A stretch of 64,000 nt of DNA. Source: Hyphochytrium catenoides (Eukaryota; Protista; Hyphochytriomycota). Below, piece after piece: positions 23,305 to 34,100 of this stretch. The notes below the pieces were generated by a model that worked only from the letters and a program-made list of their open reading frames with translations, searched no databases and was not told the DNA's origin. Within the stretch, counting starts at the first letter, position 1. Every line of letters starts with the position of its first letter. Position numbers and translations under genes: made by a program. The stretch covers positions 45,692 to 109,691 of the forward strand of contig FLMG01000484.1 in assembly GCA_900088475.1 (NCBI GenBank). The letters are read 5' to 3'.

Positions 23305-25308
23305 TCAACAAACCGTGTCCGTCTCTACCTCATTTGCCTCTGTGGTCGGGGTGGACGGGAATCCCAAACCCGCCGGTGCTTCACGTATGCCACTGTCTCT
23401 CACCACTGACCTCACAGACGACATATTTGGATAGGCCAAGCTTGCCTCTTTCAGACGTTGCTCACGCTTCTGAAGCTTTCTTTCTTCCTCCTCAAGCTTG
23501 TCTGCTCGCTTCTGACAAACTTGCGCTCCTCGATCATAGGACTTGGTCATAAACTCAACGATATCCAAATCGTCGATCTCCAAACCATTCGCGCGCATAA
23601 ACTCATAGAACCGCCAAGTTCCAATAGGGTATCCTGCTGCCACATATGCAAGCAGCATTGCCCTATAAAGCCGCTCCAAAGCCCCAAGACCTTCTGCGGC
23701 AAATCTCTCTTTATAGAGTAAGCACAGCCCTTCAGCGAGGTCTATCTTGATAAACTCTGCCGCTGTCATAATCAGCTCGCAAGCCTGACTTACAGTCGTC
23801 GCCCCGCTGAAGAAGTCCACGAGCTCCTTGTTCTTCAATGCTCTAGCAGGATCTATCTCAGCGTGTAAAGAATAGATCTGGAGCATTGCAGGCGGGGACG
23901 GCTTCATCTGATGTTGCTCAAAGAACTCCATCGCCTCCAAAATGCCGTGCATATCTTTGTTCCGTACGAACCCTTCCAAGATGATTGAGGACATGTAGCC
24001 TCCGGCCTCCCTGGGATTCTTGAAGTCTTTAGGCAGCGTGATTCTGGAACGAACTCTTCTTGTTGCCTTTTCCACATAGTGTACAAAGGTCGTCGATCCA
24101 CTGTCCACCATAGAGCGCACTACCTCAAGGGCCCGAGACAGCTTGCCCATAGTGACAAACTCTCGGAAGAGCGTACCAAAGGTGTGTTTATCTGGCTGAA
24201 CTCCATTGTTGAGCATCTCATCCAACAGTACTTCTAGGTTCTCCTTTTTACCGGCCATGGAGGACAGCACCATCTGGTTGTTATAAGAGAAAGAGTCCAG
24301 CTTCAAGCCTAAAGCCTTCATCTCGTGGACTGCTTGAAGCCCCCCTTTATGATCCCCGGCTTTCTTGTATGCTGTCAGAAGCTGATGATAATGAAACGGG
24401 GTAATGGGGACAGATGTCTCATACATTGCCCTTAACAGCCGCCTGATAGCGTCCACTTCACCCGCGGTTGCATGAGCACGCATCATGTTAGCAAACCGAC
24501 GTTGCTCTCTTTGAGTATAGATTTGCTTATTTCTGTCCGCTTGAGCCTTGATCTCCTCCAACCGCCGCTTATCCGCATCGTCAATCAATGTTATGCCAGG
24601 CCACAGGGGTACTCCCTTGGGCTTGACTGAGAGAGTACTAAAATCTGGATTGTTCGGAGCAACTGTCCCTCCAAAAATAGGGCCAGATATCGGTGAAAAG
24701 CGGCTGCGTTGGGGATCCGGAAGGACCAGAGCAGTGTAAGGATCCAATGGCACAGAGTCGCTTAGTTCATCCGCTGGATTCGATGCTGCCGATGGAACTG
24801 GTGGAACATCCAGCTCTGAATCTAACAGAAGAAGATCCTGGGCTCTGTTTCCGGGCTCATCAATGTCAGACCTTGATGAAGATATTGAAGCGTTTATGTC
24901 TGCCTCTTCGACAGGTTCGCTTGCTAGTGATCGTGTTGACTGTAAGGACGACAATGATGAACGGAAATCAAGATGATGCAAGCCAAAGGATCCGCCTAGG
25001 TTCTCATCAGGTTTCCTGAAGCCCTTACTGTGAGGAGGAGGAACCCGATACGTTCGATAGTCATTAAGCACCTTCGACTTGCTGTGCTGTAGAACGCTGA
25101 TCATTGCACCAAGTTCCTCGTGTCTCGGAATATCGCCGGCCTCAGATATTGCACTATCTTGTTTCAGCCATTCACGTCTCACTGCTGTGTGGCGTGGAGC
25201 AATGCAGCCCAGAATGCCCCGGCGTTGAATTCGAGCAGGAAGGGTGTCAACGCCAACGCCTGTAGCAACAGCTGCTACCGACCGAATCCTTCCTGTAACC
25301 TGACTCAT
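23305..25308 (-). CDS. Pentatricopeptide-repeat (PPR) protein, probably organelle-targeted, intronless
   Basis: Tandem 35-aa motifs such as HYHQLLTAYKKAGDHKGGLQAVHEMKALGLKLDSF, SYNNQM...LDEMLNNGVQPDKH and TFGTLFREFVTMGKLSRALEVVRSM. Arg-rich N-terminus from the first ATG at 25308; the start is uncertain. Confidence 0.85.
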   Translation of the reverse strand: MSQVTGRIRSVAAVATGVGVDTLPARIQRRGILGCIAPRHTAVRREWLKQDSAISEAGDIPRHEELGAMISVLQHSKSKVLNDYRTYRVPPPHSKGFRKPDENLGGSFGLHHLDFRSSLSSLQSTRSLASEPVEEADINASISSSRSDIDEPGNRAQDLLLLDSELDVPPVPSAASNPADELSDSVPLDPYTALVLPDPQRSRFSPISGPIFGGTVAPNNPDFSTLSVKPKGVPLWPGITLIDDADKRRLEEIKAQADRNKQIYTQREQRRFANMMRAHATAGEVDAIRRLLRAMYETSVPITPFHYHQLLTAYKKAGDHKGGLQAVHEMKALGLKLDSFSYNNQMVLSSMAGKKENLEVLLDEMLNNGVQPDKHTFGTLFREFVTMGKLSRALEVVRSMVDSGSTTFVHYVEKATRRVRSRITLPKDFKNPREAGGYMSSIILEGFVRNKDMHGILEAMEFFEQHQMKPSPPAMLQIYSLHAEIDPARALKNKELVDFFSGATTVSQACELIMTAAEFIKIDLAEGLCLLYKERFAAEGLGALERLYRAMLLAYVAAGYPIGTWRFYEFMRANGLEIDDLDIVEFMTKSYDRGAQVCQKRADKLEEEERKLQKREQRLKEASLAYPNMSSVRSVVRDSGIREAPAGLGFPSTPTTEANEVETDTVC

Positions 25309-26149
25309 GATTATCGCATCCACCTTCCGAAGCTCTCGGCTCACTCCTTGGAGTGGCCTGCGCAGAACAGACAGAAAGTACGGAAGAAGTGCGTCCACCT
25401 TGTCTGTTCTGACTCACGAGTTCCTCTCTCTTCGTACGGAAGGCAATCTTAGAACGCTGCGCCTTGGAGCCCTGAGCCAACTATACCTTCCCTCAAGCTC
25501 TGTTTGCTCGGGGTAACTCTAAATATCCACACAGGGGAGACTCCAAGCCCCACCTGCCTAGTAATCTTCGTGGTGATCCCTGCTTGCCTCTCTAATTTTC
25601 TTTGATCACATTTTGCTGTTTTCTGTCATGGCTGGCGGGCGGCCGGGCTCGGCCCGCTAGCGGCTGGCGGCAGGCACCGTAAGATGGGTGGAAGGAATGA
25701 CATCTGATACGCCCACCCACTCTTCCAAAAGGCATTACCATCAATAATAGCCCATAGACAATACTCTGGACAATTTGTCCCTGGGTCAGAAAGGACCCCC
25801 CTGTTAGGTATTGCACCTCTAATGAGGATATGGACGACAGTGTGCAGGCAGCTGGGGGTACTCACTGCGGGTTGAAGAACTTTCTTGCCTTGTGCCGTCA
25901 GTCACCAGCCACAGAACGCAAGGATCCTTCCCTTCTATAAAGTCAAGGGCTTTGTGTTGCGCGCCTGTGCTATCCCCAGACTGCAACAGCTAGCAGCGGC
26001 TTCACCTTCTTCCCTGCCACTGTAGAAGCTTCATTGCTGCTATTGTCGAGGCTAACTTCTCTCGGGGTAGCTGGTCGATCACACGTCTGAGGCTCACTCT
26101 AGAGTGACAGAAGTTAGCGTTCGAGAGCAGGCTTCTTTTGAGCCGCGAG

Positions 26150-28093
26150 ATGGCTGTTTTGAAGCTTGAGTATGGAGGAGACCAACGACGGGTTAAGGTG
26201 GAAACCCTGAAGAGCTTGACCTTGGCCAAACTTTTAGATGTCATTACTGCGACCTTTGAACGCCTCCCGGCATCTATCAAGATTCAGTATGTTGATGATG
26301 AGGGTGATATCATCTCGGTGTGTAATGACGCTGATGTGGCTGTGGCTTTGGAAGGATGGCGGCTAGGTATGAAGCCGTTTCGCTTCAGAATAATTGGTGT
26401 GCCAGGTCCAGAGGAAGATATCAACCCCTTGCTGTCTAACTCCATCACGCTCGTGCCTAGAGCTGCTACCTCAAACGCTGGAACCTCATTTGCCAGACCT
26501 GCGAAGACGGGCGGCGTCATTCATTCTGATTACATCTGTGATGGGTGTAAGGTGGAACCAATATGTGGCGATCGATACAAGTGCGCCATCTGCAATGACT
26601 TTGATCTTTGCGCGGTATGCGAGGAAAAGGCATCCACGATACATAACCCGAAGCATCCTTTTGTGAAATTCAGGACGCCGGAGCAGATGGCTCGCTTGAT
26701 AGCTGCAGGGTGTAAGATCAGCTTTGGCGATCAACAACAAAGTCAACAGCCCACTGTAGGAGAACCCGTTCTCGGGTCCTCCGTAGAAGTTGAGAGATCG
26801 TTGGCCAGATCGCCCTTAGGCAGGCCTCTTGCTTCCTTTGTGCGGGATATCACTATCCCTGACGGCACAACTCTGCCTCCTAAGACGAAGTTTCTCAAGA
26901 AATGGTGCGTGAGGAATGTAGGAAACAGAGCCTGGAGCAAAGGCTACCGGGTTAGGCGCGTGGGAGATGATCTGCCTTTGACAATTGTGGAAGAGGTCCC
27001 TCTCCAAGCAGCGACAGTCGAGGAGGAAGTAGAGATATCAGTCACGATGGAGACGCCCAGCCAGCCCGGCAGGTATATCAACTACTGGCGGCTAGCTGAC
27101 GACAGAGGCTCCTTTTTTGGGCACCGACTTTGGGTAGACATTGTGGTTGATCCGGGTTCAGGACCGCCAATGGATACCTCTCTGGTGTTTTCTAGCCGCA
27201 CCGCCGCACCTTCGAGCTCCCCTAAGGTGGACTCTCATGTCTTGGGTAAAAGAGAGCCCAGGCCTTTGCTTTCCTCCTGTGAGACAAGCACCGCAACAAC
27301 AACAGATGGAACGACCACTCTATCGAACGCCGACAGCGCTTCTGTGTTCATAACTGGGGAGGAAATGGCGAGAGCGAAGGCCTTATGTGAAACGCGCGCG
27401 AAGGATTTGGAAGAGCTTAATGGTTTGGCTTCTCAAGAAACGACTATAAACGCTCGCTGGCTGGAAAAGTATCCAGGCATTACAGAACAGGCTATAGTGC
27501 AAACTAGCTTCCGAGAGCGAGGGGAAAGCTCAATGGGGTGTGATGAAGGGATGTCCGTGCAATCCAGCTGGTCTGACATGGATGCAGCTGTCACAAGGTC
27601 CGTAAGAGAGGAGGAAAGTTTGCAGCACGACCACGTATTTGTAGAAGCTGAGAATGTGGAAGCTTTATTATCTCCATCATCTCAGGGTAACAATCGCTCG
27701 GTGGACGTCCTTACATCCACGGTGGCATCCTCAAGACGCGAGGGCACTACCCGATTGTCCGCAAGCACTGGCACTGGACTCTCTTCCAGTCCCGTGCATG
27801 TCACTGAACCTGACACGTGGGCGATGGAGCGACAAGTATCCGAGTCAGAGCACCAATTGACGTCCTTGTTCAAGTCCTCGTCACCCAGTCGAGAGCCCGA
27901 TGAGCCCTCTCTGATGAGCGACGCTGCATCAGGTATCAGTGTTGCCGTCCCTTCTGTCACTCTAGAGCTACAGGAGAAGCTTAGACAGCTGGCCGAGATG
28001 GGTTTTCGTGATGAGGACCAATGTCGCTTCTATCTGACAGCCTACACCGGAGATCTTTCCCGAACTATTGAGCAGCTGCTGAAACTATACTAG
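26150..28093 (+). CDS. NBR1: Selective autophagy receptor NBR1 (PB1-ZZ-FW-UBA), intronless
   Basis: PB1 (IQYVDDEGDIISV), ZZ finger (CDGC...RYKCAICNDFDLCAVC...HNPKHPF), FW domain (FVRDITIPDGT...KKWCVRNVGNRAW...YINYWRL...FGHRLWVDIVV) and C-terminal UBA (LRQLAEMGF...GDLSRTIEQLL). Confidence 0.95.
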   Translation: MAVLKLEYGGDQRRVKVETLKSLTLAKLLDVITATFERLPASIKIQYVDDEGDIISVCNDADVAVALEGWRLGMKPFRFRIIGVPGPEEDINPLLSNSITLVPRAATSNAGTSFARPAKTGGVIHSDYICDGCKVEPICGDRYKCAICNDFDLCAVCEEKASTIHNPKHPFVKFRTPEQMARLIAAGCKISFGDQQQSQQPTVGEPVLGSSVEVERSLARSPLGRPLASFVRDITIPDGTTLPPKTKFLKKWCVRNVGNRAWSKGYRVRRVGDDLPLTIVEEVPLQAATVEEEVEISVTMETPSQPGRYINYWRLADDRGSFFGHRLWVDIVVDPGSGPPMDTSLVFSSRTAAPSSSPKVDSHVLGKREPRPLLSSCETSTATTTDGTTTLSNADSASVFITGEEMARAKALCETRAKDLEELNGLASQETTINARWLEKYPGITEQAIVQTSFRERGESSMGCDEGMSVQSSWSDMDAAVTRSVREEESLQHDHVFVEAENVEALLSPSSQGNNRSVDVLTSTVASSRREGTTRLSASTGTGLSSSPVHVTEPDTWAMERQVSESEHQLTSLFKSSSPSREPDEPSLMSDAASGISVAVPSVTLELQEKLRQLAEMGFRDEDQCRFYLTAYTGDLSRTIEQLLKLY

Positions 28094-28179
28094 GTGGTGA
28101 GGACCAATGTCGCTTTTAACCGACAGGTTAAAGCGATGAGTGTTCCCGGAGTATAGCCCTCTTGTGTACATCGCTCACT

Positions 28180-30206
28180 TTAATAGTCACTGCGGGAAAA
28201 AGTAGCTTAGGCGGACCGTGTCGAATACATTGATAATAGTATGTCTCATACCGGTGTACCCTATATCTATAGGCATCCCGGGCTCCATGAACGTCAACGT
28301 AGTCCTGTTCCACCAGAAATGGAAATGAATACATACGAGGTTGAGAGAATATCGGGGAATGCAGTGGGAGTGGAGTCTGCACAAACTGGGAGAGCATTTG
28401 TACGTAGCAGCCAGTGAAGCACGAGTACTGATTCATCTCTAAAAAATTTGGGTTGAACGATCTTGGAGAAGAGAACGATTGAATGGCTTGCGAAGTCATT
28501 CCAACCACCAAAAGTGCAATAAATGTAAGAGCCATAATCAGTGGGTCAAACAAACCTCCATGTCCGACCCCTCCCCGGCCCCAGAAGACTCTGCTGATGA
28601 TGAGGACGATGGCTCATCAGGATAGTCATTGCCTTCCCAACCCTCAGAGTTAGAATCCTCTCTGATAAGGGCAAGGACCGCGGAGGTGAGAGTCACAGTC
28701 GCGAGAAACTAGTAAAGGACAAGTTAAATACGTACGAGTCGTAATTATGCGTCTCTTCCTCGTCTATATGATCGTAGAGCAGATCCTCTACCATTAGCTC
28801 TTCTTCCGTCACAGAGCCCAGTGAATCGGTGAAGTTGAGCGTCTTGAAGGTGTGCTCATCTGGTACGGTCGCTCCAGTAGCATCAAAGCAATAAATATCA
28901 TAAACAAAATCGTCACTACTGGCAGCGAAAGTGAGCTGTTGCAGCAAGTCAAAAAGCTCTTTCTGAGAGGCATAGAAAGCATAGTCAGCAGCCGAGCGTC
29001 CGGCATTATCGCACAGCCGCAGGTCCGCCCCAGCATCCATTAGCAGCTGGACAATGTCTGAGCGGCCGTGTTGAGCAGCAGCCATCAATGCCGTAGCCCC
29101 TTCCGTGCTGGGCGCCTTAAAATTAGGCCCCACCTGTCCCAAGTGAGTAGAGGGACAAGTAAGTAATTAACTACTTCTAACGTGCTACTCCTATCATCTC
29201 CTACTTCTAGCTACTCCTCTCCCTTTCTCCCTTCTGTTTTCCACCCCTGCGAATCTGGTCTGAGACCGCCGCAGCTTTCCTCTTTGTAGTCACCCCAGGA
29301 AAAGAATACGAAGCCACCCGTAGCCCCATACTCTGGCCATACTTCTTACCTGGCCCAATAGGTCTACAACGCGGGTGAAGTCATTTCCATTTAAAGCGCT
29401 TATGATCGCGCTATCCATTTGACGCTCAAAAGGGTTTAGGATCCGCACCCCCCGCTTTGGCGGCAACCCTTTGCGCTCCTTTTGAGGCGAAGGTTCTGCA
29501 CTGCTATCCGCCACATTGACGTCAATAAATTCAACCTTATCTTCAGATGCAAGCCCACGTGCTGTGGCTATTCGCTTCTTTCTAGCACCCTTTGAGTCTT
29601 GCAAAGCTCTATCGCGAAGTTTATCTAGCGGTGTGCCTGTGCTCGTGCATCAGAACTATTGCGAGGCATCGTTGTCAGCATATATATGGGGCGTTTGAGT
29701 TACCTCCTTGCGCCTTTGAGAGCTTCCAAGCCTGTCTCAAGCCCTTTCGCTGATCTGGAAAGTGCCCGGCCGAGACTGTATCGATACGGCGAAACACGAG
29801 CCTAACAGTACACGCAGGGGTCAACTGCTTTCATAGGAAGAGAAGGTTGCAGAGGTCTCTTGCTTCGTAATAAAAGAGCGAGCACCTTTTTTTCGCCGCC
29901 TTTGGCGTTTGAAGAAGAGAGGTCTCTTGTGTCTCAGCTACCCCATCGCTCCGGCATCCTTCTTCCACCGCCGACAGAGCTGCAAGCTGTTCTGTGACAT
30001 CTTCCAAATCGGCCTTTTCCCTCTTCGCAGGTCTCTGGATATGCCAGTCAGTACAATCCAAACTGCTCATAAAATATGAATGTCCTCACATTGAAGGTAT
30101 CTTCAAAGACCAAACCGTCATAGCCAGGCTCGTCCCGTCTTCTCTTGACCCTAACGAGAATGACTTTCTTCTTAGGCTCTTGGCCTTCAGTAACTTCGGG
30201 CTCCAT
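28180..30206 (-). CDS. Iwr1/SLC7A6OS/RDM4-family RNA polymerase II import factor with inserted ankyrin repeats
   Basis: N-terminal ILVRVKRRRDEP, then DDFVYDIY and acidic DSEDSNSEGWEGNDYPDE motifs of the Iwr1 family. Ankyrin segment EGATALMAAAQHGRSDIVQLLMDAGAD...GRSAADYA. The 3' end is uncertain: stop at 28538 if unspliced, 28180 with two further small exons. Confidence 0.75.
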
Positions 30207-30865
30207 CTTCCGCAGGAAGCTTTCGTCGCTCTGCACCTGAGCCTAACCAAGAAGCTCCACCGCTTCGAGTTCTGCGGATTTCGTTAAGTGTGTCGGCATA
30301 CCTCTTTCGTGGTTAGCCTCATTCACTCACCTCCTCCTCTGTCCTGACCAAACCTTTAGAAGACTTTTTGAGAGGCGTTATGGCACTTCCACCCACGTAC
30401 TGTCTCTTGGAGACGATTCCTCGTCCGCTCTCGCTCTCTTCATAAACTCCACTGATCATCCGACAGAGACGGCACAACAGAGACTCCAGAAGACTCAGAA
30501 TAGCCACCAAAGCTGTCGCTTGATGATGTGAGAAATCGCGATAAGAAAAGCTTCATCATCAGAACTCAACAACCCACCTGATTGACGAGCATGGGAACTG
30601 TTCCTGTAGTAGTTGTAGTGTGAGTATGTCTGATCAACAGAACGTTGGATGCTTAGCGTTACCGGCCACTCGGTTATACAGTCCAGCTACAAACGAACAA
30701 GCACTGTACTACAACATCAGGAGCATCATGCCCGTAATCCACTTGTATTTTGTAATTGGAATTTTCAAAATATGAAAAGACAAAAGACAGCGTAATTCCT
30801 CTAACTAGTTTCTCTCTCGTACACCTTCTATTTATTAGTCGTCGGAAGGCCGCTTCTGAAGCTTG

Positions 30866-30945
30866 AAGCTCCAGATTTGTCAGATGTCAGATGACAGATG
30901 TCAGCTCGCCATCCTCAAGCTCCAGATGACAGGTCGCAGATGACC
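30866..30945. promoter_or_regulatory. Cluster of CAGATG motifs in the divergent promoter between the Iwr1-like gene and TBC1D31
   Basis: CAGATG at 30881, 30888, 30895, 30923 and 30937; aagctccagat repeated at 30866 and 30917. The regulatory role is inferred from position only. Confidence 0.4.
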
Positions 30946-31133
30946 AGTAGGGACAGCGCATGCGGGATTGAATTATGTCTCAGAAAGATGTATGTTGAAC
31001 CCAACATTGTCGAGCGTTAGGGTTATGCGAAGGGAGCTCCGAAGGTGCCTACTGCAGGCTATAAGACCAAAAACTGCAAGAGGAATCCCCATAGTATTGA
31101 GCTTTGCGGGAAAAAACCCTTCCTGGCAACAAG

Positions 31134-34100
31134 ATGATACAAGGTGTGCTTTGACAAGATGGCCTGGCCTCCTGCGGAACTGTTATTGACAGTTCTACCT
31201 TCAACAGACTACATTCTGAGCCAGCGTGGAGGTAAAATATGGGACCAAAAGCCATCTATTGAGAGATCAGGTAAGAGAGTCGGAACATCAAAAGCGTAAC
31301 GAGTAGAACTGCTCCTCTGACACGAAGAGAGTCTAGGTCTGTTATGCAGATTTGAAGGAGATGGATTTCCGAGCCAATTGGAGCCCTCAGGCGCAACTCT
31401 AATATCGTTCAACAAGAAAGGTATTAACTAGTGTAACCCACGGCCATGGAGTCCTATCATAGTCATCTCACCGCAGTCATACCCTACAGGAGATAAGCTT
31501 GCATTCTGCGATGACAGAGGCTATATCTTTGTCTTCCATCTACCTAGAAATCGGTAAGCAAGCGTCTTTCGAGTTCGGAGCGTGATCCCATAGTTCAGAC
31601 TTACCTTTACCCTTGGTAGCTATGAGCTGGTCTTCCGCTTTGGTTCCCGGCCTGTGACTCTAGCCTTCTCCAAGTATCGCGCGTCAGAACTCCTTATCAG
31701 TTTCCGCGATGCTACGGTAAGCCCTATGGAAAAGATGCGATGGGAGCATACTAGCTGAACCACTGTTGTTGCAGGTCCGCTGCTTTGATATCGATTCAAA
31801 AGAAGTCGTGGGCACCCTAAAGGGCCATTTACAGGCACCCACATTTATCTCATTCCATGAAGAGGCAAGCTTTCAGACTTTTCGCAAGAGAGCCGCTGTA
31901 CTAGTTATAGTTAATCCAATCTTCCTTCACCTGTTCTGCTCTACCCCGGCTTTTAGCTCGTATCTCCATGTTTCTCCCTTATCTTACACGTTTCTTGTGC
32001 AGACCAGCTCTAGAAACCTTGTTTTGACCTCCTCGTCGGATGCTGTTTTCTTATGGGACAGCATGAGCTGGCTCCGTGTCCGTGCTCTCAGTGGTATGGT
32101 GGGCATTGTGCAGGTACCACCCTCTCCAGGCCCCAAAGCCACCCAACAGCTGAAAAAAGGTACATGCAGGGCCTATTCACACCGGTGGGAGGCTTGATCG
32201 TCGTTGCCTTCCGGAATGATACTTTGATTTCTTGGGATAGTGGTAGCTTGGAAGTGAGAAACAAGTTGCATTTGCCGAAGGAAGAAAAGACTGCACATCT
32301 GCAAAGCATAACAAGCAACGCCCAAGGAACGCTCCTTGTTGCAAGGTTTGCTAGGACCCATGTAACTTTCTCTGTTGCCGTACAACTACGAGGGCTAATG
32401 AGTGGACCCCCCATAGCACGGATGTGTCCTCTCTGTATGTCTGGAGTCTGGAGTCAGGGCGCCTGTTGCAGATAATAGATCTGCCCTGGGGAGTTAAGGA
32501 GTCTTTCCAGGTCTGCCTTCTTACTATGTCGTATCTCCTTCCGATTCGCTTTAGTTAAGTGACGCAATATCACTCTATCGTCCAATGCGAAGATTTCATT
32601 CGTTGGGAGAAGGCGAGAGGTGGCTTTGCTATGTGACGATGGGAACGTCTATTTTGTCTCTGTGGGGCAGTCTCATCCACGAGTGGGGCTCCTTGTTCTG
32701 CCACCACCGGAGGAGAATATGCTGGCATTTGCCTTAACCCCTAATGGCACCCTGATGGCAAGTTTGGATAAGTAAGTTGTGCAGTTGAGACATATACTAG
32801 CACCTGAAGACCGACGAAGACACCTAAGCTGGCTTTACTCTCGCTGCTCACTAACCCTGTGTGTCCGTTTAGCGCCGCCGGTCTGTCACTCTATGACCTC
32901 ACGGTGGCTAGATCGTTCTATCAAAGAACTCGAGCTAGCAGCGAATTACAGCTTCAAGTCCGAGGTCCTTTTGGCCCTAGCACAGAGATCTGGATGAATG
33001 AAGATGATATTGAGGACGAGGTGACGGATTTTAGTGAGGCATTGGTGCTCATGATCGCAAGTAGCTAATGCTGTCAATCCTGTGACGTAGCGAGGCAGAT
33101 TGCTGGCTTCCAAGATGCCTAGGTCACAGTTAATTGACTCTATTTTTAGAGATATTGAGGGTGAACTTGACCCTAACCAGGCCATAGGTACGGCTGCTTA
33201 GTGCAAACCAAATGCACGACAAGGATTAGATTTAGAGTAAGTTATGCGCAGGCGTCAACCGACAGGGCAAACCAATGAAGGCAGGCAGACGAGGTGCAAG
33301 TGACCATCAAATCAAGAGAAATATTGCATCTAAGCTTGGAGAGCAAGGCAGAGCACCTCTCTACAAACTGGACCAGATGAATCCAAGGTACACAGTCCTA
33401 CTTCCGATATTGCCTATTGAGTTCTCCCCTTTCTTTATATGCGAAGAGGAGGAAAGATTTGCGTGGAGAAGGAATAGATCTAACTGCAATGTTCTCGTGC
33501 TGAAGAGAGAAGCAAGTCAGCATGACACGACTGCAGAGGCTGCTGGAGGTGTACGGTGAATACCCACACAAATATCGGTAAGAGCGCCAACCACGTAACA
33601 TCACCCCGAATCTTACCGACTAGTAGGCTGCTCATATGGAAGTTCTTGCTGCAACTGCCAGAAAATCACGAAGCTTTTGGAAATCTTGTTGCCAAAGGTA
33701 GAGAGTACTTCCTATGCTTGCCTAAGTCGGGAATGCTGAGCTGATTAACTTTCCCGCTCTGCTTGACTTTACGTTTATGCATACCAGGTATCCATCCTGC
33801 CTTTGAGACACTAGGCCAACGCTATCCAATTCAGGATAGCAGGCTCTTCCGACGGCTTCAACGGATACTCTCTGCTTTAGCCCATTGGCAGCCTGTGTTC
33901 GGCGAGATTCCCTACCTACCTGCTCTCGCATTCCCCTTCGTGAAACTGTATGAGAATGATGACCTATCCGCCTTCGAGGTACTGGTTTCCATTGTGTTTC
34001 ATTGTATTGTGGCTACTGACGGCTCGTCTTCCTTAGACAATTGTATGCGTCTTCGTCCATGTAGGCAAGGACTGGCTGCAGTCAATACCGCACCCTCCTG

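Noticed and set aside
8944-28093. Possible proteostasis cluster (TRAPPC13, IRE1, NBR1)
   Set aside because: The genes are interleaved with unrelated ones (MTRR, PPR) and I saw no shared motif; chance adjacency is sufficient without synteny data
31118-31131. X-box-like half site (cctggcaac) just before the TBC1D31 ATG
   Set aside because: Only a half site, and RFX factors are not expected in the inferred lineage; too weak on its own
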